Source of the DNA: Candidatus Latescibacterota bacterium
GTDB lineage: Bacteria > Latescibacterota > CBDEFO01
Reading direction: 5' to 3'
Assembly: GCA_965237525.1 (NCBI GenBank)
Contig: CBDEFO010000007.1
Location: 52,796-116,795, forward strand
Length of the DNA stretch: 64,000 nucleotides
The first letter of the stretch is position 1; every line of letters begins with the position of its first letter. This document shows positions 53,537 through 63,455 of the stretch, one piece after another. The translations under genes and the position numbers were made by a program. The notes under the pieces are model-generated. The model had not been told where the DNA came from. It searched no databases and saw only the letters and a program-made list of their open reading frames with translations.

Positions 53537-54610
53537 CTATTGGTTAGTGCACCCTGCTGCCTCTTCAACTGACTGCGGGCTTCCGACTGCGTCACCCCCG
53601 GCCCATCGATAAGGGCGCGGATACAGAACCAGGGAACGATCTTTAAGGGGCAGCTTTACGGGGACATTTCCTAATTGGGCTGAGAGTTTAGCAGCGATAG
53701 CCACCTCCAATGCCTGCCTGAGATCATGCCCCGATATCCACAGCTCGCTCCCGGTCTCCACAGCGGCCAGGAAAGATCGGATGGATCCGGTCAGATAAGA
53801 GAACTCGCTCCAGTCGTATGGCTCATATCCAGGATCGATGCGGATGCGGGCGCCGTTGGCATCACAGCCCTGAAATATCTCCGGCGGCGCCCAGTCCCAG
53901 CGAACCAGGGCCTCTTTACTCCAGACATCCACGCCCCGGGAGGAAGTGGTAGAGCCAAAGACTGCACATTCGATGCCGGATGTAAGGTGAAACAGGCCGT
54001 GAATAATCAAACCACCATCGGCGTCTTTTTCCAGAGCCTCCGCCGGCGTCCCCCAACACATCACCTCATCTACTTCAGCATTCGTAAAGAGTCTCAGCAC
54101 CGAAATATTTTGGCAACCACCACCGGATATCTCGCCCCTGAATCCGTGCACACTTGCACCTGACAACTCCCCGAACTCCCCGGAACGGAGGCTACGTCCG
54201 GCCGCCTGCACTTCGTGCATGGCCCGCTGTAGGTTCCCCCCGGAGAATACCACGCCGCGGTCTTCACAGGTCTCCACCATCTCGTCCGCATCCGAAAGCA
54301 TAGCCGCGATCGGCTTGTCCGTGGACACACCTTTCACGCCGGCCTCGGCACAGGCGATCACCGCCTCCTTCATATGCTTTGTAGGCGTCACCACCGCCGC
54401 GATGTCCGGGACAATATCTCTGAGCAGGGCGGAGGCGTCCGCATAGAGGGCAGATACATCGAAGCGCTCACCCACAGCCTTGCGGCGCCCTGGGTTGTAC
54501 TCTGCGATAGCGACGATCTCACAGTCCGGATATGTCGTATAGGCCTCGGCATATACCTGTCCCAGGCGACCGCAGCCTATAATAGCCACCCGGTGTTTGA
54601 TCTGGCTCAT
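53537..54610 (-). CDS. Gfo/Idh/MocA family oxidoreductase
   Basis: IIGCGRLG Rossmann motif, DKPIA. Confidence 0.88.
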   Translation of the reverse strand: MSQIKHRVAIIGCGRLGQVYAEAYTTYPDCEIVAIAEYNPGRRKAVGERFDVSALYADASALLRDIVPDIAAVVTPTKHMKEAVIACAEAGVKGVSTDKPIAAMLSDADEMVETCEDRGVVFSGGNLQRAMHEVQAAGRSLRSGEFGELSGASVHGFRGEISGGGCQNISVLRLFTNAEVDEVMCWGTPAEALEKDADGGLIIHGLFHLTSGIECAVFGSTTSSRGVDVWSKEALVRWDWAPPEIFQGCDANGARIRIDPGYEPYDWSEFSYLTGSIRSFLAAVETGSELWISGHDLRQALEVAIAAKLSAQLGNVPVKLPLKDRSLVLYPRPYRWAGGDAVGSPQSVEEAAGCTNQ

Positions 54611-54747
54611 TACATTCTCCCTCCTTTAGTCCTTAAATGACCAGTTCCGATACGTCAAGTCAATATCCGAGGCCAACTTCAGATGGCGCTCTATCTTGTG
54701 TCTCTCCCGTACCGGTCTCGTAACGGGGAAATCAGGACATAAAAAGC

Positions 54748-55839
54748 CTACGGAATCTGCGGCGGGCCTGTATAGCCGATGCTCTCCCAGCCAGCCACAT
54801 CACCGCCTTTCAGACGGTATGGATGAGGGAAGATCTTAAGAGAGCGGTCTTCCAAAGGCAGAACAATGCGCCGGTTACCGCGCAGCGATGAAAGGTTCAG
54901 GGCAATGGCGATTTCCAGTGCGTGCCGGTAGTCGTGGCCGCTGCACTCAGCCTCCTGGCCAGTGTCAAAGGCCCGCATGAGCCGCTCGATAACAGGTATA
55001 AAGGGGTCGTCAAGCCAGGGAGCATCAAAAAACTCCGGATATACCGGAGTCGAAAGTGCTCCGTCCTCCTGAATGAGCACTGGCCTGGGTAGGGTGATCC
55101 ACACCTGACCGTTCTCGCCGGTGACTGCGACCTGGCAGGGCACTGCTTGTTCAGGACGTGGCTGGGGGATCTCACAGATGATTCCGCCGGACAGTCCCAG
55201 GCGGCCATAAGCGGGACAGTCGACCTCGCTGTCCGCCGCTTCCTCTGCGCGGAATCCCGGCTCGGGTGGCAGCGTCCAGCCCTCGACCCACTCCACTTCC
55301 ATACCAGTGACGAAACGCATTATAGTAAGCAGATGACATCCCCCTCCCGATACCTCGCGCGGCAGTCCGCCTGGAATAGCCGCGGCGGTTAGCCGGCCGA
55401 TGTTTCCGGCCCGGATCCAGTCGACGACCTCTGGCAGATACGGAACACACCAGTGGGCGTCCCCGCACCCTAAAGCGGTGCCACGTTCGCGGCAGATGCG
55501 CACAATTTCATCAGCACGGGCAAGCTCTGAGGCTATAGGCTTCTCGCACGAGACCACCTTTATTCCAGCTTCCGCGCAGGGGATCACCCCGCCATAAGTC
55601 TGGGACACCGGCAGAATAAGGGAGACGATATCAGGAATATCTCTGGCCAATAGCTCATCCACAGTGTCGTAGACCGTCTGGATACCGTAGTGGTTGGCGA
55701 AGTCCTGTCGGCGGTTCCGGGAGCGATCCACTAAAGCCACGATCTCACAGTCCGGATGGTTGGCGTAGGCTCGGAGAAAGTGGCGGCCCCAGGTTCCAGC
55801 GCCACCTACGACAGCGACTCTATACTTTTTAGTCGGCAA
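54748..55839 (-). CDS. Gfo/Idh/MocA family oxidoreductase (paralog of neighbour)
   Basis: VVGGAGTWG, CEKPIA, shared EVSGGGC and LPLEDRSL..P.PYR..GGD tail. Confidence 0.88.
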   Translation of the reverse strand: MPTKKYRVAVVGGAGTWGRHFLRAYANHPDCEIVALVDRSRNRRQDFANHYGIQTVYDTVDELLARDIPDIVSLILPVSQTYGGVIPCAEAGIKVVSCEKPIASELARADEIVRICRERGTALGCGDAHWCVPYLPEVVDWIRAGNIGRLTAAAIPGGLPREVSGGGCHLLTIMRFVTGMEVEWVEGWTLPPEPGFRAEEAADSEVDCPAYGRLGLSGGIICEIPQPRPEQAVPCQVAVTGENGQVWITLPRPVLIQEDGALSTPVYPEFFDAPWLDDPFIPVIERLMRAFDTGQEAECSGHDYRHALEIAIALNLSSLRGNRRIVLPLEDRSLKIFPHPYRLKGGDVAGWESIGYTGPPQIP

Positions 55840-56268
55840 AAGGCTCCTCCTTTGGCCATATCAGACGCATTGTGTCCTCTACAGCGGAAAACTCCACCTA
55901 ATTCCAACGCTACTGTAGTGGATCGACCGGCTGCCAGTTGGCTCTTGCCCTCTGACGGGATACCCCTTACGATGACAACCGAGCTGAGCACTTCCGGATG
56001 CTCGAAACTACTCGGGTTAAACTGAAGGGAGCGCTGGATTTCGTCCATTTTACCTGATCGACTTCTGGGCACTGGAGAGGGTTTTTGAACCGCATAATAT
56101 TTACGCACCGATTCAAGACGCAAATGTTGTTTCTCCTTTGCAATCCCAAAATTATTCATCTGCAGATACGAATTTAGGTAAAGTGAGTGATTTACAACGG
56201 TGTTTAAACGCAAGATACACACAGCCGGAATAACAGGGTTAAGTGATATGTAACGTCCACCAGGATAC

Positions 56269-57171
56269 TCATGCCACTTCAAAATCCAGGGCATCGAGGG
56301 ACCGGCGCAGTTGGGACTCTCCATCAGGTGAGAGCGGTGGGAAATTGCGGGGTGGACCCACCGGGGTACCGCGCCATCCAAGCATGGCCTTGATAGCGGC
56401 CATTGCGCCTGCTTCAAAGATCGGGGCAATGACCCTATTGGCCCGGGTCTGGGCCATCATGGCCTGGCGGATGTCACCGGCCTCGAAGCTCTTGCGCATC
56501 TGGACGAAGAGGCGCGGCATGATGTTATAGGTCGTGCCGATGGCTCCATCGCTGCCCATGACCATAGCGGCCAGACACATCTGGTCCGGTCCGGAGATGG
56601 CGTTGATCCGACCTTCCGAAAGGTCCACCAACTGCTGAAATAGGTACAAGTCATTATCGGTGAACTTGATCCCCGTGAAGTTGGGCACGGAATTCATAGC
56701 CTCTAGGAACTGCGGGACCGTAACGGAACTGTCCGCGTTGCGGGCTAGCCAGTAGACATAGAAGGGCAGATCGGCGGCCGCGCCAATAGCACTGTAGTGC
56801 TCGACTGCTGCCGGCAGATCGTTGGGCCTGTCGATGGGGGCCACGGAGGCGACAGCATCCGCTCCGATCTCAGCCGCGTGCTTCGCAAGTTCCACGGCGT
56901 TCTCCGTACTGGTCGCCCCTACCTGGAGGATAATCGGCACATCTCCGGCTACCTCCCTGACCACGACTTCGGCCATCTGCTTCCGCTCTCCCACGCTCAT
57001 GGCCGCGCCCTCACCCGTACTGCCGCAGACGAAGAAGCCACTGGAGCCTGCGTCCAGCAGCGCGCGCAGCAGAGGAGGAACTCGCTCTAGGGCCAGCTCT
57101 TGTCCACTGTCATCAAAGGGGGTACAGAGTGCCGGAAGTATTCCGCAAGCCAGTTTGGGTGTAGCGCACAT
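56269..57171 (-). CDS. Dihydrodipicolinate synthase/N-acetylneuraminate lyase family aldolase
   Basis: TPF, CGSTGE, GIKFT, DGAIGTTYN; ATG at 57171. Confidence 0.88.
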   Translation of the reverse strand: MCATPKLACGILPALCTPFDDSGQELALERVPPLLRALLDAGSSGFFVCGSTGEGAAMSVGERKQMAEVVVREVAGDVPIILQVGATSTENAVELAKHAAEIGADAVASVAPIDRPNDLPAAVEHYSAIGAAADLPFYVYWLARNADSSVTVPQFLEAMNSVPNFTGIKFTDNDLYLFQQLVDLSEGRINAISGPDQMCLAAMVMGSDGAIGTTYNIMPRLFVQMRKSFEAGDIRQAMMAQTRANRVIAPIFEAGAMAAIKAMLGWRGTPVGPPRNFPPLSPDGESQLRRSLDALDFEVA

Positions 57172-57666
57172 TAGTTTCCTTCCTTTCTCATTCCCGTACC
57201 TGACGGGCGTAGGCGATCCCCGCCCCCCGATAGAGTCAATCGGGGATGAACTCGACTCTCGAACCCGGTATCGGATCAAGGCTAAGGTAATTGCAGCTGA
57301 GCCGCTGTGATATTTGGGACACTTTCGATCGTTTTACTGGAGCATCGTTGCAAATCAAAATAGAATCCATACACTGTCCCGTACTTCAACTGTTAGGCAA
57401 GAGGATGACGGGTATAAGGTACTTTATCTGTGTGGGGCATGTCAACAGGAAAATAGCCATGTTGGTCAGAAAATATCAGGATCATTTTGCGACTTGGAAA
57501 GATAGCACTTTTCAAGGATCTATCGCACACGGAACATCTATCGGGGGGGACGCGTGTCTGCCCTGAAAATACGGGCGAACCAGTTCGTGCTTTGCTGCCA
57601 CCACCTCATCCTCCCTGACAAAGCGCCCACGGCGCCTCACCCCAGCGTATACATATGTTGGGGTAA

Positions 57667-58121
57667 ATGGATCTTTCCATTTTTTGCACTGATAGCGCAT
57701 GTCTGTATCTATACTTAATTTACCGTGCTAAGGGACTTATCGAAGTGCCCGATATCCAGCAGGATCTGAATGAGGCCCCCCCTCGATGTGAGGGAAAGGG
57801 ATGCGGTCTTGCTTCACACAGGTCACCACAGAAGGATGTACGCCTGCTTTCACCACCGACTGGGCGGGGATATCGGCAGACACATCCCGATGGTTCGCAT
57901 ATAAGAAGATTACTGCCTTTGGAGTAGAATCGCCAGGGCCGGGCATTCCGGGCGTATCCAACGAAGATGTCTATAGAATCTGCGGACAGATGGGTTTTAC
58001 ACACTATGAGAACCTTGTGAATTTTGATAAAGTTCTGGGCGTGGGCAGATTCAGATTTATCGCTTTTCCTCTCAAGATTAGAAGAGGTGCAGGTTCACCT
58101 GTCAGGGCTGTAGCAGTTTAA
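57667..58121 (+). pseudogene. Cyclase (kynurenine formamidase-like) remnant
   Basis: Over shifted frames: VLLHTGH, HYENLVN, FPLKIRRGAGSPVRAVA; N-terminal HxGTHxD part absent. Confidence 0.7.
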
Positions 58122-58137
58122 GATGGATAGAGGGTAT

Positions 58138-59427
58138 CTATCCTTCAGGAGGCCACGGATCCAGTGTCGCCCCTGACGGGCGAGTCCCGGTCGGTCTTAT
58201 GATCTGCTTCTCAGAAGGGCCATAAACCACGTCCAGATGAGGCGTCTCCACTCTGCTGTAGCCCTGATACCTCGAGTTCATCACGGAATCTATCGCCCCC
58301 GTCGTCAAAAGTGTCCTTTCTACCCGATACTGGGGCTTTCCCGTCAAAAACATCTCTTGTATGTTTAAAGACAGATAGCTGAAGTTTCCATGGGGCGGCT
58401 GGTTTTGAATATAAAATTCCGTCGCCAGTACCTCTCCATCAGAGAGCCCGGCAAACGCAAAATCATAGATATAGCCCAAAAGCATCAGTATTGTGGCTTT
58501 GAGGCCATCTCTATATTCGATCATGAAAGCCGCCGGATTTGGACAGTGTTCCCGCATATCCCCCGGGGGTTTGTCAACGATTGCAGAAGAGGCGGCCTCC
58601 TCCAGCTTCCGCGACCAGAGACCCTCACTGCGGGCACTCCAGACATCCTCTCCCTCAAGGCACTGAACCGCTGCTATTCCCGTCTCTCCCCCACTTCTAC
58701 GCTCCACCATACACTGAAGGTTCTCAAGGGCGTGAATGCCGTATATCTCAACCCCTGAGTATGAGATTACTAACGATTCCTGTACGGGTGTACCTAACTC
58801 AAATTCCAGTTGAGGATTTCTCCAGGCCAGGGGAACAGACGATCCAGCCATCAGTGGGACATCCAACTCCTGCGCTCTCTCATACATCCATAGGGCGTCA
58901 TCCCAGTTGTAGGATAGATGCTTGTCGTTGAACACAGGCACCGATTTTCCGCTGGAGGCAAAGACTCCGCAGATCTGCTCGAAAAAGTAGCGCCTGGGAA
59001 ACATGTGCTGACCCTTCTCATTGGAAGGATAATCACCGTGCTCTCCGATTAAGAGCACGCCGTCTACTGCCAGCTTATCCCCTCCCAACGTAAGCGCCGC
59101 CCGAATGCTCTGGTAGATAGGGATATTGTGCTCTGCTGCCAGCTTCTGTCCTACATCTTTTTCGTGGATCTGATCCAGATATATCGAGGCCAATTCCACT
59201 TTAGGTTCTTTCAAACCCTCATCGGTTGGGAATCCCTTCATGAACTTGGTGACGATCACATCTGCGTGGGATCCCTGAAAGTAAGTGGTGATGATAGCAG
59301 CTATCTTTTTCTTGTCCATAACGCCTCCTAAAGTATAGTAACTTTTGGCAAAGCTCTCTGCATAACTGACAAGGCCGATGCCGACCGATCCGGCAAGGGT
59401 AGTTTTAAGGAATTCTCTTCTATCCAT
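58138..59427 (-). CDS. Gfo/Idh/MocA-like oxidoreductase-domain protein with Tat-like N-terminus
   Basis: SHADVI, VDGVLLIGEHGDYP, FNDKHL, LMAGSS, YGIHALE; N-terminus DRREFLK. Confidence 0.7.
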   Translation of the reverse strand: MDRREFLKTTLAGSVGIGLVSYAESFAKSYYTLGGVMDKKKIAAIITTYFQGSHADVIVTKFMKGFPTDEGLKEPKVELASIYLDQIHEKDVGQKLAAEHNIPIYQSIRAALTLGGDKLAVDGVLLIGEHGDYPSNEKGQHMFPRRYFFEQICGVFASSGKSVPVFNDKHLSYNWDDALWMYERAQELDVPLMAGSSVPLAWRNPQLEFELGTPVQESLVISYSGVEIYGIHALENLQCMVERRSGGETGIAAVQCLEGEDVWSARSEGLWSRKLEEAASSAIVDKPPGDMREHCPNPAAFMIEYRDGLKATILMLLGYIYDFAFAGLSDGEVLATEFYIQNQPPHGNFSYLSLNIQEMFLTGKPQYRVERTLLTTGAIDSVMNSRYQGYSRVETPHLDVVYGPSEKQIIRPTGTRPSGATLDPWPPEG

Positions 59428-59711
59428 TTTTTTCCTTATCTATTGTCTACCGCCTACTTGCTTTAGTGCACACCCCCTCGCAAGGATTCAGCACAAATTT
59501 AATATATCCGATAAGTTTTGTCAAGATGCCTGTAGTTCAATTCCTGTTGTCCGGTTTCCTTCTGAATATTCTTGAACCCTCCTTCCAGGTTTACCCTGTG
59601 ACGTCTCATCTGATTGGCGCAGAAATAGGAGTAGGGAGTTATGTAGGAACTCTCTTAAGTCAGAGAGTAGTGAATACTTAATTTGCCACATAAGGAATTT
59701 CTCATATTTAC

Positions 59712-59740
59712 TTGACAACTCGGAGCAAGTGGTTTAACAT
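59712..59740 (+). promoter_or_regulatory. Sigma70-type promoter for the TonB receptor
   Basis: TTGACA-17 bp-TAACAT. Confidence 0.55.
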
Positions 59741-59871
59741 ACTGGGGCGCTATGCTGTGGATCAGAGGAACCTGTTCAGGCCCGGCCTCTCAGAGCAGAT
59801 TGAATCACAAGGGGTAAAGAAATGCATCATTTTCAAAGCGGGAGGAAGCTACTATTCGGCTCCTAAGCCTC

Positions 59872-61959
59872 GTGCTCGTTGTTATGTCTGCTTCGGTATA
59901 TCTATACGCTGAAGAGACCCAATCGGTAACCGAAGATCCGGAGGAGGTCATAGTCCTGGAGGAGGTGGTTGTGACTGCCACCCGGACGGATCAGACGCTC
60001 AGAGACATTCCCGCCAACGTGACGATTCTTGACAGGGCGGATATCCAGCGATCGGCGGCTCAGACTCTGGACGATCTCTTGCGGCAGGTACCGGGCTTCA
60101 GTCTCTTTCGACGCTCAAGCAGCGTCGTGGCCCACCCCACCACACAGGGCGTGTCCCTGCGCGGAATCGGGGCCAGCGGATCCAGCCGTACCCTGATTCT
60201 TCTTGATGGAATGCCCTTAAACGATCCGTTTGGGGGCTGGGTGCAGTGGAGCAAGGTCCGGATGGAGAGCGTTGAGCGTATCGAAGTGCTCCGAGGGGGA
60301 GGATCTCATATCTGGGGCAACTACGCCTTGGGCGGAGTCATTCACATCATCACATCGCGACCTCAGAAGAAGACAGTAACGCTCTCCGGCAAGCTAGGAA
60401 ATCGGAAAACCGCGACCTTGGACTTTTCTGCCAGCGATCGCTTTGGATCAACCGGTCTGGCGCTTGAAGGAAGCTATTTCAATACCCGGGGGTATCCGAT
60501 TGTTCGAGCGGATCAGCGGGGACAGATAGACGTTAACGCCGATTCCGAAAACAAGACCGTCAGGGTAAAGCTGACGCAGAATCTCTCGCCGACAGCTAAG
60601 CTGTATCTACAAGGCGGCCTATTCAGTGAAGAACGTGACAACGGTACGCCCCTCACCCACAACAGCACAGACGCGGGATACATCGGGATAAGCACTACAC
60701 TTCAGAGGTCGGATGGAAGCAAGTGGACCCTCACAGGCTTTTCGCACCTCCAGCGGTTCAAGAGTTTTTTCTCGTCCCAGGCCTCCGACCGGAATTCGGA
60801 AGGTCCGGCCCTCGATCAGTTTAATGTCCCTTCGCAGGCAGTAGGGATAACACTGGAGTGGCTCAAGCCGATAAGCGCAGAGCATCTGCTCACGGCAGGA
60901 TCGGACCTTCGATGGCTTTCGGGAGAGACCAACGAGGAGTTCTTCCTCAAGTCCAACCGGTTTGTCCGGCGCCGCAGGGCAGGTGGAGACCAGCAGGTGA
61001 TGGGAATTTACCTCCAGGACATCTTTATCCCCCGGCACCGCTGGCAGATCACGTATGGCAGCAGGGTCGATTTGTGGCGCAGTTTTGATGGTTCTCGCCT
61101 TGAGCGGAATCTGGAGACGGATGAGGTCATACGAGAGGATACATTCGCCGATCGAACCCGCTGGGTCTTCAACCCTAAGGTGGGGCTGCGCTTCGATGCG
61201 ACCGACCGCGTCTCCTTTCGAAGTTCCCTTTATCGGACCTTTCGCGCACCGACGTTGAACGAACTCTTCAGACCCTTTCGGGTCCGAAACGATATTACCG
61301 CGGCCAACGAAAACTTGAATCCGGAGCGACTGCACGGTGGGGAGGTTGGAATCGACTATGTCACCTCCTCCCTGACCGGTCGCCTGACAGGCTACTGGAA
61401 CGAGGTGAAGGGATCTGTCGTCAACCTGACAATCGGAAGCGGACCAGGGCAGGTTGACCCCTGCGGGTTCGTTCCCGACGGTGGTCTCTGCCGTCAGCGG
61501 CACAATCTGGACAGGACACGAATCCGTGGGATCGAAGCAGAGTTGACCTATCACAACCGTTCATTTTGGACTGGGTCTATAAGCTATCTCTTCAACGAAA
61601 GCAGAATCGTGAGCGCACCGGCTCAGCCGGAGCTCGAAGGCAGGCGCCTTCCTCAGGTGCCAGAGCATCATCTAGTCCTGAAAATAAGTTATGCCAACCC
61701 GTCTCTACTGGTCGCCAGCGTTCAGGGACGGTATGTGGGCAATCAATTTGAAGACGATATCAATTCGCTTGAGCTTGGGGATTTCGGCGTGGTAGATCTC
61801 TTCGTGTCGCGACCGATCCAATCGGGAAGGGAGATTTTCTTTCAGGTGGAAAATCTTTTCGATCGATCCTACGCCGTCGGCAAGACAGGCGGTGGTCTGG
61901 TAACGATCGGTGCACCGGTACGTTTCCATGCAGGATTTCGAATGATGATGCCCGACTGA
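59872..61959 (+). CDS. TonB-dependent receptor (possibly damaged at both ends)
   Basis: EEVVVTATR TonB box, plug LDGMPLND/ERIEVLRG/GGVIHI, FRAPTLNEL, VENLFDR. Confidence 0.88.
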   Translation: MLVVMSASVYLYAEETQSVTEDPEEVIVLEEVVVTATRTDQTLRDIPANVTILDRADIQRSAAQTLDDLLRQVPGFSLFRRSSSVVAHPTTQGVSLRGIGASGSSRTLILLDGMPLNDPFGGWVQWSKVRMESVERIEVLRGGGSHIWGNYALGGVIHIITSRPQKKTVTLSGKLGNRKTATLDFSASDRFGSTGLALEGSYFNTRGYPIVRADQRGQIDVNADSENKTVRVKLTQNLSPTAKLYLQGGLFSEERDNGTPLTHNSTDAGYIGISTTLQRSDGSKWTLTGFSHLQRFKSFFSSQASDRNSEGPALDQFNVPSQAVGITLEWLKPISAEHLLTAGSDLRWLSGETNEEFFLKSNRFVRRRRAGGDQQVMGIYLQDIFIPRHRWQITYGSRVDLWRSFDGSRLERNLETDEVIREDTFADRTRWVFNPKVGLRFDATDRVSFRSSLYRTFRAPTLNELFRPFRVRNDITAANENLNPERLHGGEVGIDYVTSSLTGRLTGYWNEVKGSVVNLTIGSGPGQVDPCGFVPDGGLCRQRHNLDRTRIRGIEAELTYHNRSFWTGSISYLFNESRIVSAPAQPELEGRRLPQVPEHHLVLKISYANPSLLVASVQGRYVGNQFEDDINSLELGDFGVVDLFVSRPIQSGREIFFQVENLFDRSYAVGKTGGGLVTIGAPVRFHAGFRMMMPD

Positions 61960-62046
61960 ATCTATCGGGGATGAAGCTGTAGAGAAGTTCTCATAACGTC
62001 TCATGATAAAGGAGGTCAAACTATGATTAAATCAAGGAGCTTCGAA

Positions 62047-63231
62047 ATGCGAAAGACATCCTTCCACAGTCCATACTTGCTCCAGCACGCTTTGGCGATC
62101 ATAGTCACGCTTTCGCTTCCCAGAAGCGTTCACGCTGATCCCATCCGCGGGGAAGTGCCACAGACCGTGGCCGACGTTTTCCACCCAGAAGTCGAAGGCG
62201 TTACGGTGGAAACCTGGGTGGACAGTCTGCATATTCCTTGGTCACTTGTTTTCCTACCAAACGGTGATGCCCTTGTTTCAGAACCACGCGGTCGAATTCA
62301 GCATATTCCCCGTGGGCAGAACCAGCCGCAACTCTACATCGAAATCGATGACGTGGCCCACGTAGTCGAAGGCGGAGTCAACGGACTGGCCCTGCATCCC
62401 CAATTTGCACAGCACCCGTTTGTCTACGCCATGTACAGTTATCGAAAGGATGAACAGCTGTTCATCCGTGTCATTCGCTTGCGCCATCACGGTGATACCG
62501 GTGTTTTTGACAGAGTGATTCTGGACAACATACCCGGTCACACTTTTCATATTGGCGGCAGGATCGGATTCGGTCCGGATGGGATGCTCTATATCGGGAC
62601 AGGCGATCTCGTGAAGCAGACGCCTGCCCAGGATCTTAAATCATGGGCAGGAAAAATTCTTCGCATCACGCCAGATGGCCAGATTCCGAAGGATAACCCC
62701 TTCCCTGGATCCCCGGTCTTTTCCTATGGACACCGTAATGTCCAGGGCTTAGCTTGGGACCCTGAAACCGGCGTCTTGTTTAGTTCAGAACACGGACTAA
62801 ATGGTGACTTGCCAGGCGTCTATGAGCGCGACGAGATCAACATCATCGAGAAAGGAGCCAACTACGGCTGGCCCAATGTCGTCGGCGCGCCTCGCATCGC
62901 TGAATACCGGGATCCGATCATAATGTGGCGTGGTGCGTCCGTGCCTCCCGCAGGAATGACCTTTTACCGCGGGGACCTCTTCGTTGCCACGTTGCGTAGT
63001 AAAGCACTGATTCGTATCCAGTTTGATGACGATAACGAAGACTATAAGGTAACGAATATCGAACGCTGGTTTGCTCGCGACCTGAAGAATGGAATCTACG
63101 GACGCCTGCGTGACGTGACCGTTGGACCGGACGGCCATCTCTACGTTTTGACCAACAACACTGATAGACGAGAAAAATTGCGTCCAAACGATGACAAGAT
63201 CCTGCGGCTGAAGTTTGAGTCCCCGGAATAG
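62047..63231 (+). CDS. PQQ-dependent soluble sugar (aldose/sorbosone) dehydrogenase
   Basis: PWSLVF, HIGGRIGFGPDGMLY, GKILRI, YGHRNVQG, NYGWP, GRLRDV. Confidence 0.9.
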   Translation: MRKTSFHSPYLLQHALAIIVTLSLPRSVHADPIRGEVPQTVADVFHPEVEGVTVETWVDSLHIPWSLVFLPNGDALVSEPRGRIQHIPRGQNQPQLYIEIDDVAHVVEGGVNGLALHPQFAQHPFVYAMYSYRKDEQLFIRVIRLRHHGDTGVFDRVILDNIPGHTFHIGGRIGFGPDGMLYIGTGDLVKQTPAQDLKSWAGKILRITPDGQIPKDNPFPGSPVFSYGHRNVQGLAWDPETGVLFSSEHGLNGDLPGVYERDEINIIEKGANYGWPNVVGAPRIAEYRDPIIMWRGASVPPAGMTFYRGDLFVATLRSKALIRIQFDDDNEDYKVTNIERWFARDLKNGIYGRLRDVTVGPDGHLYVLTNNTDRREKLRPNDDKILRLKFESPE

Positions 63232-63455
63232 GACGTAGTTCTATACGCCCGAAGTGAGTCACTGACCTGCATCACGCTGTTGAAGAGCTGGGAATTCCGT
63301 AGGGACCTGGCCAATACCGGTCGCGGATCTGTGGATGTCCGCCAAGTTCGCTCTGTTGAAGTGGGGAAAAAGCGTACTTTTGAAGCTGTAGAGAATATCT
63401 CATAACGTCTCATGATAAAGGAGGTCAAACTACGACTGAATCAAGGAGCTTCGAA

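Noticed and set aside
55806-56429. 207-aa ORF and AT-rich spacer between the oxidoreductase and aldolase
   Set aside because: Overlaps both neighbours and has no motif; I could not establish IS ends or an RNA structure
60619-61554. Long antisense ORFs (also 27859-28698, 18634-19173)
   Set aside because: Shadow frames of well-supported genes with no recognisable motifs
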